Shown here: piece after piece, positions 37,191 through 52,300 of the stretch | Numbering within the stretch: position 1 is the first letter of the stretch | Layout of the letters: each line of letters starts with the position of its first letter | Source of the DNA: the human T2T-CHM13v2.0 reference genome, Homo sapiens | Assembly: GCF_009914755.1 (NCBI RefSeq) | Contig: NC_060925.1 | Direction: 5' to 3' (one strand) | DNA length: 64,000 nucleotides | The notes under the pieces: model-generated | The model's database searches: none | What the model was told of the DNA's origin: nothing | Seen by the model: the letters and a program-made list of their open reading frames with translations, nothing else | Position numbers and translations under genes: made by a program

Positions 37191-40100
37191 GAATTATCAG
37201 TAACTTCCTTGTGTTGTGTGTATTCAACTCACAGAGTTGAACGATACTTTACACAGAGCAGACTTGAAACACTCTTTTTGTGGAATTTGCAAGTGGAGAT
37301 TTCAGCCGCTTTGAGGTCAATGGTAGAATAGGAAATATCTTCCTATAGAAAATAGACAGAATGATTTTCAGAAACTCCTTTGTGATGTGTGCGTTCAATT
37401 CACAGAGTTTAACTTTTCATAGAGCAGTTAGGAAACACTCTGTTTGTAAAGTCTGCAAGTGGATATTCAGACCTCTTTGAGGCCTTCGTTGGAAACGGGA
37501 TTTCTTCATATTATGCTAGACAGAATAATTCTCAGTAACTTCCTTGTGTTGTGTGTATTCAACTCACAGATTTGAACGATCCTTTACAGAGAGCAGACTT
37601 GAAACACTCTTTTTGTGGAATTTGCAAGTGGAGATTTCAGCTGCTTTGAGGTCAATGGTAGAAAAGGAAATATCTTCGTAGAAAAACTAGACAGAATGAT
37701 TCTCAGAAACTCCTTTGTGATGTGTGTGTTCAACTCACAGAATTTAACCTTTCTTTTCATAGAGCAGTTAGTAAACACTCTGTTTATAAAGTCTGCAAGT
37801 GGATATTCAGACCCCTTTGAGGCCTTCGTTGGAATCGGGATTTCTTCATATTATGCAAGACAGAAGAATTCTCAGTAACTTCCTTGTGTTGTGTGTATTC
37901 AACTGACAGAGTTGAACTTTCATTTAGAGAGAGCAGATTTGAAACACTGTTTTTGTGGAATTTGCAAGTGGTGACTTCAAGCGCTTTGGGGCCAAACGCA
38001 GAAAAGGAAATATCTTCGTATAAAAACTAGACAGAATCATTCTCAGAAACTGCTGCGTGATGTGTGCGTTCAACTCTCAGAGTTTAACTTTTCTTTTCAT
38101 TCAGCGGTTTGGAAACACTCTGTTTGTAAAGTCTGCACGTGGATATTTTGACCACTTAGAGGCCTTCGTTGGAAACGGGTTTTTTTCATGTAAGGCTAGA
38201 CAGAAGAATTCCCAGTAACTTCCTTGTGTTGTGTGCATTCAACTCACAGAGTTGAACGTTCCCTTAGACAGAGCAGATTTGAAACACTCTATTTGTGCAA
38301 TTTGCAAGTGTAGATTTCAAGCGCTTTCAGGTCAATGGCAGAAAAGGAAATATCTTCGTTTCAAAACTAGACAGAATCATTCCCACAAACTGCGTTGTGA
38401 TGTGTTCGTTCAACTCACAGAGTTTTACCTTTCTGTTCATAGAGCAGTTAGGAAACACTCTGTTTGTAAAGTCTGTAAGTGGATATTCTCACATCTTGTG
38501 GCCTTCGTTGGAAATGGGATTTCTTCATATTCTGCTAGACAGAAGAATTCTCAGTAACTTCCTTGTGTTGTGTGTATTCAACTGACAGAGTTGAACTTTC
38601 ATTTAGAGAGAGCAGATTTGAAACACTGTTTTTGTGGAATTTGCAAGTGGAGATTTCAGCCGCTTTGAGGTCAATAGTAGAAAAGGAAATATCTTCGTAG
38701 AAAAACTAGACAGAATGATTCTCAGAAACTCCTTTGTGATGTGTGTGTTCAACTCACAGAGTTTAACCTTTCTTTTCATAGAGCAGTTAGTAAACACTCT
38801 GTTTATAAAGTCTGCAAGTGGATATTCAGACCCCTTTGAGGCCTTCTTTGGAAACGGGATTTCTTCATATTCTGCTAGACAGAAGAATTCTCAGTAACTT
38901 CCTTGTGTTGTGTGTATTCAACTCACAGAGTTGAACGATCCTTTACACAGAGCAGACTTGAAACACTCTTTTTGTGGAATTTGCAAGTGGAGATTTCAGA
39001 CGCTTTGAGGTCAATGGTAGAAAAGGAAATATCTTCGTATAAAGACTAGACAGAATGATTCTCAGAAAATCCTTTGTGATGCGTGCGTTCAACTCACAGA
39101 GTTTAACTTTTCTTTTCATAGAGCAGTTAGGAAACACTCTGTAAAGTCTGCAAGTGGATATTGAGACCCCTTTGAGGCCCTCGTTGGAAACGTGATTTCT
39201 TCATATTCTGCTAGACAGAAGAATTCTCAGTAACTTCCTTGTGTTGTGTGTATTCAAGTCACAGAGTTGAACGATCTTTTACACAGAGCAGACTTGAAAC
39301 ACTCTTTTTGTGGAATTTGCAAGTGGAGATTTCAGCCGCTTTGAGGTCAATAGTAGAAAAGGAAATATCTTCGTAGAAAAACTAGACAGAATGATTCTCA
39401 GAAACTCCTTTGTGATGTGTGTGTTCAACTCACAGAGTTTAACCTTTCTTTTCATAGAGCAGTTCGTAAACACTCTGTTTATAAAGTCTGCAAGTGGATA
39501 TTCAGACCCCTTTGAGGCCTTCTTTGGAAACGGGATTTCTTCATATTATGCTAGACAGAAGAATTCTCAGTAACTTCCTTGTGTTGTGTGTATTCAACTG
39601 ACAGAGTTGAACTTTCATTTAGAGAGAGCAGATTTGAAACACTGTTTTTGTGGAATTTGCAAGTGGAGATTTCAAGCGCTTTGGGGCCAAAGGCAGAAAA
39701 GGAAATATCTTCGTATAAAAACTAGACAGAATCATTCTCAGAAACTGCTGCGTGATGTGTGCGTTCAACTCTCAGAGTTTAACTTTTCTTTACATTCAGC
39801 GGTTTGGAAACACTCTGTTTGTAAAGTCTGCACGTGGATATTTTGACCACTTAGAGGCCTTCGTTGGAAACGGGATTTTTTCATGTAAGGCTAGACAGAA
39901 GAATTCCCAGTAACTTCCTTGTGTTGTGTGTATTCAACTCACAGAGTTGAACGTTCCCTTAGACAGAGCAGATTTGAAACACTCTATTTGTGCAATTTGC
40001 AAGTGTAGATTTCAAGCGCTTTAAGTTCAATGGCAGAAAAGGAAATATCTTCGTTTCAAAACTAGACAGAATCATTCCCACAAACTGCGTTGTGATGTGT

Positions 40101-43100
40101 TCGTTCAACTCACAGAGTTTAACCTTTCTGTTCATAGAGCAGTTAGGAAACACTCTGTTTGTAAAGTCTGTAAGTGGATATTCTGACATCTTGTGGCCTT
40201 CGTTGGAAAAGGGATTTCTTCATATTCTGCTAGACAGAAGAATTATCAGTAACTTCCTTGTGTTGTGTGTATTCAACTCACAGAGTTGAACGATACTTTA
40301 CACAGAGCAGACTTGAAACACTCTTTTTGTGGAATTTGCAAGTGGAGATTTCAGCCGCTTTGAGGTCAATGGTAGAATAGGAAATATCTTCCTATAGAAA
40401 ATAGACAGAATGATTTTCAGAAACTCCTTTGTGATGTGTGCGTTCAATTCACAGAGTTTAACTTTTCATAGAGCAGTTAGGAAACACTCTGTTTGTAAAG
40501 TCTGCAAGTGGATATTCAGACCTCTTTGAGGCCTTCGTTGGAAACGGGATTTCTTCATATTATGCTAGACAGAATAATTCTCAGTAACTTCCTTGTGTTG
40601 TGTGTATTCAACTCACAGATTTGAACGATCCTTTACAGAGAGCAGACTTGAAACACTCTTTTTGTGGAATTTGCAAGTGGAGATTTCAGCTGCTTTGAGG
40701 TCAATGGTAGAAAAGGAAATATCTTCGTAGAAAAACTAGACAGAATGATTCTCAGAAACTCCTTTGTGATGTGTGTGTTCAACTCACAGAATTTAACCTT
40801 TCTTTTCATAGAGCAGTTAGTAAACACTCTGTTTATAAAGTCTGCAAGTGGATATTCAGACCCCTTTGAGGCCTTCGTTGGAATCGGGATTTCTTCATAT
40901 TATGCAAGACAGAAGAATTCTCAGTAACTTCCTTGTGTTGTGTGTATTCAACTGACAGAGTTGAACTTTCATTTAGAGAGAGCAGATTTGAAACACTGTT
41001 TTTGTGGAATTTGCAAGTGGTGACTTCAAGCGCTTTGGGGCCAAACGCAGAAAAGGAAATATCTTCGTATAAAAACTAGACAGAATCATTCTCAGAAACT
41101 GCTGCGTGATGTGTGCGTTCAACTCTCAGAGTTTAACTTTTCTTTTCATTCAGCGGTTTGGAAACACTCTGTTTGTAAAGTCTGCACGTGGATATTTTGA
41201 CCACTTAGAGGCCTTCGTTGGAAACGGGTTTTTTTCATGTAAGGCTAGACAGAAGAATTCCCAGTAACTTCCTTGTGTTGTGTGCATTCAACTCACAGAG
41301 TTGAACGTTCCCTTAGACAGAGCAGATTTGAAACACTCTATTTGTGCAATTTGCAAGTGTAGATTTCAAGCGCTTTCAGGTCAATGGCAGAAAAGGAAAT
41401 ATCTTCGTTTCAAAACTAGACAGAATCATTCCCACAAACTGCGTTGTGATGTGTTCGTTCAACTCACAGAGTTTTACCTTTCTGTTCATAGAGCAGTTAG
41501 GAAACACTCTGTTTGTAAAGTCTGTAAGTGGATATTCTGACATCTTGTGGCCTTCGTTGGAAATGGGATTTCTTCATATTCTGCTAGACAGAAGAATTCT
41601 CAGTAACTTCCTTGTGTTGTGTGTATTCAACTGACAGAGTTGAACTTTCATTTAGAGAGAGCAGATTTGAAACACTGTTTTTGTGGAATTTGCAAGTGGA
41701 GATTTCAGCCGCTTTGAGGTCAATAGTAGAAAAGGAAATATCTTCGTAGAAAAACTAGACAGAATGATTCTCAGAAACTCCTTTGTGATGTGTGTGTTCA
41801 ACTCACAGAGTTTATCCTTTCTTTTCATAGAGCAGTTAGTAAACACTCTGTTTATAAAGTCTGCAAGTGGATATTCAGACCCCTTTGAGGCCTTCTTTGG
41901 AAACGGGATTTCTTCATATTCTGCTAGACAGAAGAATTCTCAGTAACTTCCTTGTGTTGTGTGTATTCAACTCACAGAGTTGAACGATCCTTTACACAGA
42001 GCAGACTTGAAACACTCTTTTTGTGGAATTTGCAAGTGGAGATTTCAGACGCTTTGAGGTCAATGGTAGAAAAGGAAATATCTTCGTATAAAGACTAGAC
42101 AGAATGATTCTCAGAAAATCCTTTGTGATGCGTGCGTTCAACTCACAGAGTTTAACTTTTCTTTTCATAGAGCAGTTAGGAAACACTCTGTAAAGTCTGC
42201 AAGTGGATATTGAGACCCCTTTGAGGCCCTCGTTGGAAACGTGATTTCTTCATATTCTGCTAGACAGAAGAATTCTCAGTAACTTCCTTGTGTTGTGTGT
42301 ATTCAAGTCACAGAGTTGAACGATCTTTTACACAGAGCAGACTTGAAACACTCTTTTTGTGGAATTTGCAAGTGGAGATTTCAGCCGCTTTGAGGTCAAT
42401 AGTAGAAAAGGAAATATCTTCGTAGAAAAACTAGACAGAATGATTCTCAGAAACTCCTTTGTGATGTGTGTGTTCAACTCACAGAGTTTAACCTTTCTTT
42501 TCATAGAGCAGTTCGTAAACACTCTGTTTATAAAGTCTGCAAGTGGATATTCAGACCCCTTTGAGGCCTTCTTTGGAAACGGGATTTCTTCATATTATGC
42601 TAGACAGAAGAATTCTCAGTAACTTCCTTGTGTTGTGTGTATTCAACTGACAGAGTTGAACTTTCATTTAGAGAGAGCAGATTTGAAACACTGTTTTTGT
42701 GGAATTTGCAAGTGGAGATTTCAAGCGCTTTGGGGCCAAAGGCAGAAAAGGAAATATCTTCGTATAAAAACTAGACAGAATCATTCTCAGAAACTGCTGC
42801 GTGATCTGTGCGTTCAACTCTCAGAGTTTAACTTTTCTTTACATTCAGCGGTTTGGAAACACTCTGTTTGTAAAGTCTGCACGTGGATATTTTGACCACT
42901 TAGAGGCCTTCGTTGGAAACGGGATTTTTTCATGTAAGGCTAGACAGAAGAATTCCCAGTAACTTCCTTGTGTTGTGTGTATTCAACTCACAGAGTTGAA
43001 CGTTCCCTTAGACAGAGCAGATTTGAAACACTCTATTTGTGCAATTTGCAAGTGTAGATTTCAAGCGCTTTAAGTTCAATGGCAGAAAAGGAAATATCTT

Positions 43101-46100
43101 CGTTTCAAAACTAGACAGAATCATTCCCACAAACTGCGTTGTGATGTGTTCGTTCAACTCACAGAGTTTAACCTTTCTGTTCATAGAGCAGTTAGGAAAC
43201 ACTCTGTTTGTAAAGTCTGTAAGTGGATATTCTGACATCTTGTGGCCTTCGTTGGAAAAGGGATTTCTTCATATTCTGCTAGACAGAAGAATTATCAGTA
43301 ACTTCCTTGTGTTGTGTGTATTCAACTCACAGAGTTGAACGATACTTTACACAGAGCAGACTTGAAACACTCTTTTTGTGGAATTTGCAAGTGGAGATTT
43401 CAGCCGCTTTGAGGTCAATGGTAGAATAGGAAATATCTTCCTATAGAAAATAGACAGAATGATTTTCAGAAACTCCTTTGTGATGTGTGCGTTCAATTCA
43501 CAGAGTTTAACTTTTCATAGAGCAGTTAGGAAACACTCTGTTTGTAAAGTCTGCAAGTGGATATTCAGACCTCTTTGAGGCCTTCGTTGGAAACGGGATT
43601 TCTTCATATTATGCTAGACAGAATAATTCTCAGTAACTTCCTTGTGTTGTGTGTATTCAACTCACAGATTTGAACGATCCTTTACAGAGAGCAGACTTGA
43701 AACACTCTTTTTGTGGAATTTGCAAGTGGAGATTTCAGCTGCTTTGAGGTCAATGGTAGAAAAGGAAATATCTTCGTAGAAAAACTAGACAGAATGATTC
43801 TCAGAAACTCCTTTGTGATGTGTGTGTTCAACTCACAGAATTTAACCTTTCTTTTCATAGAGCAGTTAGTAAACACTCTGTTTATAAAGTCTGCAAGTGG
43901 ATATTCAGACCCCTTTGAGGCCTTCGTTGGAATCGGGATTTCTTCATATTATGCAAGACAGAAGAATTCTCAGTAACTTCCTTGTGTTGTGTGTATTCAA
44001 CTGACAGAGTTGAACTTTCATTTAGAGAGAGCAGATTTGAAACACTGTTTTTGTGGAATTTGCAAGTGGTGACTTCAAGCGCTTTGGGGCCAAACGCAGA
44101 AAAGGAAATATCTTCGTATAAAAACTAGACAGAATCATTCTCAGAAACTGCTGCGTGATGTGTGCGTTCAACTCTCAGAGTTTAACTTTTCTTTTCATTC
44201 AGCGGTTTGGAAACACTCTGTTTGTAAAGTCTGCACGTGGATATTTTGACCACTTAGAGGCCTTCGTTGGAAACGGGTTTTTTTCATGTAAGGCTAGACA
44301 GAAGAATTCCCAGTAACTTCCTTGTGTTGTGTGCATTCAACTCACAGAGTTGAACGTTCCCTTAGACAGAGCAGATTTGAAACACTCTATTTGTGCAATT
44401 TGCAAGTGTAGATTTCAAGCGCTTTCAGGTCAATGGCAGAAAAGGAAATATCTTCGTTTCAAAACTAGACAGAATCATTCCCACAAACTGCGTTGTGATG
44501 TGTTCGTTCAACTCACAGAGTTTTACCTTTCTGTTCATAGAGCAGTTAGGAAACACTCTGTTTGTAAAGTCTGTAAGTGGATATTCTCACATCTTGTGGC
44601 CTTCGTTGGAAATGGGATTTCTTCATATTCTGCTAGACAGAAGAATTCTCAGTAACTTCCTTGTGTTGTGTGTATTCAACTGACAGAGTTGAACTTTCAT
44701 TTAGAGAGAGCAGATTTGAAACACTGTTTTTGTGGAATTTGCAAGTGGAGATTTCAGCCGCTTTGAGGTCAATAGTAGAAAAGGAAATATCTTCGTAGAA
44801 AAACTAGACAGAATGATTCTCAGAAACTCCTTTGTGATGTGTGTGTTCAACTCACAGAGTTTAACCTTTCTTTTCATAGAGCAGTTAGTAAACACTCTGT
44901 TTATAAAGTCTGCAAGTGGATATTCAGACCCCTTTGAGGCCTTCTTTGGAAACGGGATTTCTTCATATTCTGCTAGACAGAAGAATTCTCAGTAACTTCC
45001 TTGTGTTGTGTGTATTCAACTCACAGAGTTGAACGATCCTTTACACAGAGCAGACTTGAAACACTCTTTTTGTGGAATTTGCAAGTGGAGATTTCAGACG
45101 CTTTGAGGTCAATGGTAGAAAAGGAAATATCTTCGTATAAAGACTAGACAGAATGATTCTCAGAAAATCCTTTGTGATGCGTGCGTTCAACTCACAGAGT
45201 TTAACTTTTCTTTTCATAGAGCAGTTAGGAAACACTCTGTAAAGTCTGCAAGTGGATATTGAGACCCCTTTGAGGCCCTCGTTGGAAACGTGATTTCTTC
45301 ATATTCTGCTAGACAGAAGAATTCTCAGTAACTTCCTTGTGTTGTGTGTATTCAAGTCACAGAGTTGAACGATCTTTTACACAGAGCAGACTTGAAACAC
45401 TCTTTTTGTGGAATTTGCAAGTGGAGATTTCAGCCGCTTTGAGGTCAATAGTAGAAAAGGAAATATCTTCGTAGAAAAACTAGACAGAATGATTCTCAGA
45501 AACTCCTTTGTGATGTGTGTGTTCAACTCACAGAGTTTAACCTTTCTTTTCATAGAGCAGTTCGTAAACACTCTGTTTATAAAGTCTGCAAGTGGATATT
45601 CAGACCCCTTTGAGGCCTTCTTTGGAAACGGGATTTCTTCATATTATGCTAGACAGAAGAATTCTCAGTAACTTCCTTGTGTTGTGTGTATTCAACTGAC
45701 AGAGTTGAACTTTCATTTAGAGAGAGCAGATTTGAAACACTGTTTTTGTGGAATTTGCAAGTGGAGATTTCAAGCGCTTTGGGGCCAAAGGCAGAAAAGG
45801 AAATATCTTCGTATAAAAACTAGACAGAATCATTCTCAGAAACTGCTGCGTGATGTGTGCGTTCAACTCTCAGAGTTTAACTTTTCTTTACATTCAGCGG
45901 TTTGGAAACACTCTGTTTGTAAAGTCTGCACGTGGATATTTTGACCACTTAGAGGCCTTCGTTGGAAACGGGATTTTTTCATGTAAGGCTAGACAGAAGA
46001 ATTCCCAGTAACTTCCTTGTGTTGTGTGTATTCAACTCACAGAGTTGAACGTTCCCTTAGACAGAGCAGATTTGAAACACTCTATTTGTGCAATTTGCAA

Positions 46101-49100
46101 GTGTAGATTTCAAGCGCTTTAAGTTCAATGGCAGAAAAGGAAATATCTTCGTTTCAAAACTAGACAGAATCATTCCCACAAACTGCGTTGTGATGTGTTC
46201 GTTCAACTCACAGAGTTTAACCTTTCTGTTCATAGAGCAGTTAGGAAACACTCTGTTTGTAAAGTCTGTAAGTGGATATTCTGACATCTTGTGGCCTTCG
46301 TTGGAAAAGGGATTTCTTCATATTCTGCTAGACAGAAGAATTATCAGTAACTTCCTTGTGTTGTGTGTATTCAACTCACAGAGTTGAACGATACTTTACA
46401 CAGAGCAGACTTGAAACACTCTTTTTGTGGAATTTGCAAGTGGAGATTTCAGCCGCTTTGAGGTCAATGGTAGAATAGGAAATATCTTCCTATAGAAAAT
46501 AGACAGAATGATTTTCAGAAACTCCTTTGTGATGTGTGCGTTCAATTCACAGAGTTTAACTTTTCATAGAGCAGTTAGGAAACACTCTGTTTGTAAAGTC
46601 TGCAAGTGGATATTCAGACCTCTTTGAGGCCTTCGTTGGAAACGGGATTTCTTCATATTATGCTAGACAGAATAATTCTCAGTAACTTCCTTGTGTTGTG
46701 TGTATTCAACTCACAGATTTGAACGATCCTTTACAGAGAGCAGACTTGAAACACTCTTTTTGTGGAATTTGCAAGTGGAGATTTCAGCTGCTTTGAGGTC
46801 AATGGTAGAAAAGGAAATATCTTCGTAGAAAAACTAGACAGAATGATTCTCAGAAACTCCTTTGTGATGTGTGTGTTCAACTCACAGAATTTAACCTTTC
46901 TTTTCATAGAGCAGTTAGTAAACACTCTGTTTATAAAGTCTGCAAGTGGATATTCAGACCCCTTTGAGGCCTTCGTTGGAATCGGGATTTCTTCATATTA
47001 TGCAAGACAGAAGAATTCTCAGTAACTTCCTTGTGTTGTGTGTATTCAACTGACAGGGTTGAACTTTCATTTAGAGAGAGCAGATTTGAAACACTGTTTT
47101 TGTGGAATTTGCAAGTGGTGACTTCAAGCGCTTTGGGGCCAAACGCAGAAAAGGAAATATCTTCGTATAAAAACTAGACAGAATCATTCTCAGAAACTGC
47201 TGCGTGATGTGTGCGTTCAACTCTCAGAGTTTAACTTTTCTTTTCATTCAGCGGTTTGGAAACACTCTGTTTGTAAAGTCTGCACGTGGATATTTTGACC
47301 ACTTAGAGGCCTTCGTTGGAAACGGGTTTTTTTCATGTAAGGCTAGACAGAAGAATTCCCAGTAACTTCCTTGTGTTGTGTGCATTCAACTCACAGAGTT
47401 GAACGTTCCCTTAGACAGAGCAGATTTGAAACACTCTATTTGTGCAATTTGCAAGTGTAGATTTCAAGCGCTTTCAGGTCAATGGCAGAAAAGGAAATAT
47501 CTTCGTTTCAAAACTAGACAGAATCATTCCCACAAACTGCGTTGTGATGTGTTCGTTCAACTCACAGAGTTTTACCTTTCTGTTCATAGAGCAGTTAGGA
47601 AACACTCTGTTTGTAAAGTCTGTAAGTGGATATTCTGACATCTTGTGGCCTTCGTTGGAAATGGGATTTCTTCATATTCTGCTAGACAGAAGAATTCTCA
47701 GTAACTTCCTTGTGTTGTGTGTATTCAACTGACAGAGTTGAACTTTCATTTAGAGAGAGCAGATTTGAAACACTGTTTTTGTGGAATTTGCAAGTGGAGA
47801 TTTCAGCCGCTTTGAGGTCAATAGTAGAAAAGGAAATATCTTCGTAGAAAAACTAGACAGAATGATTCTCAGAAACTCCTTTGTGATGTGTGTGTTCAAC
47901 TCACAGAGTTTATCCTTTCTTTTCATAGAGCAGTTAGTAAACACTCTGTTTATAAAGTCTGCAAGTGGATATTCAGACCCCTTTGAGGCCTTCTTTGGAA
48001 ACGGGATTTCTTCATATTCTGCTAGACAGAAGAATTCTCAGTAACTTCCTTGTGTTGTGTGTATTCAACTCACAGAGTTGAACGATCCTTTACACAGAGC
48101 AGACTTGAAACACTCTTTTTGTGGAATTTGCAAGTGGAGATTTCAGACGCTTTGAGGTCAATGGTAGAAAAGGAAATATCTTCGTATAAAGACTAGACAG
48201 AATGATTCTCAGAAAATCCTTTGTGATGCGTGCGTTCAACTCACAGAGTTTAACTTTTCTTTTCATAGAGCAGTTAGGAAACACTCTGTAAAGTCTGCAA
48301 GTGGATATTGAGACCCCTTTGAGGCCCTCGTTGGAAACGTGATTTCTTCATATTCTGCTAGACAGAAGAATTCTCAGTAACTTCCTTGTGTTGTGTGTAT
48401 TCAAGTCACAGAGTTGAACGATCTTTTACACAGAGCAGACTTGAAACACTCTTTTTGTGGAATTTGCAAGTGGAGATTTCAGCCGCTTTGAGGTCAATAG
48501 TAGAAAAGGAAATATCTTCGTAGAAAAACTAGACAGAATGATTCTCAGAAACTCCTTTGTGATGTGTGTGTTCAACTCACAGAGTTTAACCTTTCTTTTC
48601 ATAGAGCAGTTCGTAAACACTCTGTTTATAAAGTCTGCAAGTGGATATTCAGACCCCTTTGAGGCCTTCTTTGGAAACGGGATTTCTTCATATTATGCTA
48701 GACAGAAGAATTCTCAGTAACTTCCTTGTGTTGTGTGTATTCAACTGACAGAGTTGAACTTTCATTTAGAGAGAGCAGATTTGAAACACTGTTTTTGTGG
48801 AATTTGCAAGTGGAGATTTCAAGCGCTTTGGGGCCAAAGGCAGAAAAGGAAATATCTTCGTATAAAAACTAGACAGAATCATTCTCAGAAACTGCTGCGT
48901 GATGTGTGCGTTCAACTCTCAGAGTTTAACTTTTCTTTACATTCAGCGGTTTGGAAACACTCTGTTTGTAAAGTCTGCACGTGGATATTTTGACCACTTA
49001 GAGGCCTTCGTTGGAAACGGGATTTTTTCATGTAAGGCTAGACAGAAGAATTCCCAGTAACTTCCTTGTGTTGTGTGTATTCAACTCACAGAGTTGAACG

Positions 49101-49386
49101 TTCCCTTAGACAGAGCAGATTTGAAACACTCTATTTGTGCAATTTGCAAGTGTAGATTTCAAGCGCTTTAAGTTCAATGGCAGAAAAGGAAATATCTTCG
49201 TTTCAAAACTAGACAGAATCATTCCCACAAACTGTGTTGTGATGTGTTCGTTCAACTCACAGAGTTTAACCTTTCTGTTCATAGAGCAGTTAGGAAACAC
49301 TCTGTTTGTAAAGTCTGTAAGTGGATATTCTGACATCTTGTGGCCTTCGTTGGAAAAGGGATTTCTTCATATTCTGCTAGACAGAA
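37191..49386 (+). repeat. Variant HOR units U2-U5, 4 x 3,049 bp (18-mer)
   Basis: ORFs at 37584, 40633, 43682, 46731 and 49780 step by 3049. Confidence 0.93.
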
Positions 49387-52300
49387 GAATTATCAGTAAC
49401 TTCCTTGTGTTGTGTGTATTCAACTCACAGAGTTGAACGATACTTTACACAGAGCAGACTTGAAACACTCTTTTTGTGGAATTTGCAAGTGGAGATTTCA
49501 GCCGCTTTGAGGTCAATGGTAGAATAGGAAATATCTTCCTATAGAAAATAGACAGAATGATTTTCAGAAACTCCTTTGTGATGTGTGCGTTCAATTCACA
49601 GAGTTTAACTTTTCATAGAGCAGTTAGGAAACACTCTGTTTGTAAAGTCTGCAAGTGGATATTCAGACCTCTTTGAGGCCTTCGTTGGAAACGGGATTTC
49701 TTCATATTATGCTAGACAGAATAATTCTCAGTAACTTCCTTGTGTTGTGTGTATTCAACTCACAGATTTGAACGATCCTTTACAGAGAGCAGACTTGAAA
49801 CACTCTTTTTGTGGAATTTGCAAGTGGAGATTTCAGCTGCTTTGAGGTCAATGGTAGAAAAGGAAATATCTTCGTAGAAAAACTAGACAGAATGATTCTC
49901 AGACACTCCTTTGTGATGTGTGTGTTCAACTCACAGAATTTAACCTTTCTTTTCATAGAGCAGTTAGTAAACACTCTGTTTATAAAGTCTGCAAGTGGAT
50001 ATTCAGACCCCTTTGAGGCCTTCGTTGGAATCGGGATTTCTTCATATTATGCAAGACAGAAGAATTCTCAGTAACTTCCTTGTGTTGTGTGTATTCAACT
50101 GACAGAGTTGAACTTTCATTTAGAGAGAGCAGATTTGAAACACTGTTTTTGTGGAATTTGCAAGTGGTGACTTCAAGCGCTTTGGGGCCAAACGCAGAAA
50201 AGGAAATATCTTCGTATAAAAACTAGACAGAATCATTCTCAGAAACTGCTGCGTGATGTGTGCGTTCAACTCTCAGAGTTTAACTTTTCTTTTCATTCAG
50301 CGGTTTGGAAACACTCTGTTTGTAAAGTCTGCACGTGGATATTTTGACCACTTAGAGGCCTTCGTTGGAAACGGGTTTTTTTCATGTAAGGCTAGACAGA
50401 AGAATTCCCAGTAACTTCCTTGTGTTGTGTGCATTCAACTCACAGAGTTGAACGTTCCCTTAGACAGAGCAGATTTGAAACACTCTATTTGTGCAATTTG
50501 CAAGTGTAGATTTCAAGCGCTTTCAGGTCAATGGCAGAAAAGGAAATATCTTCGTTTCAAAACTAGACAGAATCATTCCCACAAACTGCGTTGTGATGTG
50601 TTCGTTCAACTCACAGAGTTTTACCTTTCTGTTCATAGAGCAGTTAGGAAACACTCTGTTTGTAAAGTCTGTAAGTGGATATTCTGACATCTTGTGGCCT
50701 TCGTTGGAAATGGGATTTCTTCATATTCTGCTAGACAGAAGAATTCTCAGTAACTTCCTTGTGTTGTGTGTATTCAACTGACAGAGTTGAACTTTCATTT
50801 AGAGAGAGCAGATTTGAAACACTGTTTTTGTGGAATTTGCAAGTGGAGATTTCAGCCGCTTTGAGGTCAATAGTAGAAAAGGAAATATCTTCGTAGAAAA
50901 ACTAGACAGAATGATTCTCAGAAACTCCTTTGTGATGTGTGTGTTCAACTCACAGAGTTTATCCTTTCTTTTCATAGAGCAGTTAGTAAACACTCTGTTT
51001 ATAAAGTCTGCAAGTGGATATTCAGACCCCTTTGAGGCCTTCTTTGGAAACGGGATTTCTTCATATTCTGCTAGACAGAAGAATTCTCAGTAACTTCCTT
51101 GTGTTGTGTGTATTCAACTCACAGAGTTGAACGATCCTTTACACAGAGAAGACTTGAAACACTCTTTTTGTGGAATTTGCAAGTGGAGATTTCAGACGCT
51201 TTGAGGTCAATGGTAGAAAAGGAAATATCTTCGTATAAAGACTAGACAGAATGATTCTCAGAAACTCCTTTGTGATGTGTGCGTTCAACTCACAGAGTTT
51301 AACTTTTCTTTTCATAGAGCAGTTAGGAAACACTCTGTTTGTAAAGTCTGCAAGTGGATATTCAGACCTCTTTGAGGCCTTCGTTGGAAACGGGATTTCT
51401 TCATATTATGCTAGACAGAATAATTCTCAGTAACTTCCTTGTGTTGTGTGTATTCAACTCACAGAGTTGAACGATCCTTTACAGAGAGCAGACTTGAAAC
51501 ACTCTTTTTGTGGAATTTGCAAGTGGAGATTTCAGCCGCTTTGAGGTCAATGGTAGAAAAGGAAATATCTTCGTATAAAGACTAGACAGAATGATTCTCA
51601 GAAACTCCTTTGTGATTTGTGCGTTCAACTCACAGAGTTTAACTTTTCTTTTCATAGATCAGTTAGGAAACACTCTGTTTGTAAAGTCTGCAAGTGGATA
51701 TTCAGACCTCTTTGAGGCCTTCGTTGGAAACGGGATTTCTTCATATTATGCTAGACAGAATAATTCTCAGTAACTTCCTTGTGTTGTGTGTATTCAACTC
51801 ACAGAGTTGAACGATCCTTTAGAGAGAGCAGACTTGAAACACTCTTTTTGTGGAATTTGCAAGTGGAGATTTCAGCCGCTTTGTGGTCAATGGTAGAAAA
51901 GGAAACTATCATCGTATAAAGACTAGACAGAATGATTCTCAGAAAATCCTTTGTGATGCGTGCGTTCAACTCACAGAGTTTAACTTTTCTTTTCATAGAG
52001 CAGTTAGGAAACACTCTGTAAAGTCTGCAAGTGGATATTGAGACCCCTTTGAGGCCTTCGTTGGAAACGTGATTTCTTCATATTCTGCTAGACAGAAGAA
52101 TTCTCAGTAACTTCCTTGTGTTGTGTGTATTCAAGTCACAGAGTTGAACGATCTTTTACACAGAGCAGACTTGAAACACTCTTTTTGTGGAATTTGCAAG
52201 TGGAGATTTCAGCCGCTTTGAGGTCAATAGTAGAAAAGGAAATATCTTCGTAGAAAAACTAGACAGAATGATTCTCAGAAACTCCTTTGTGATGTGTGTG

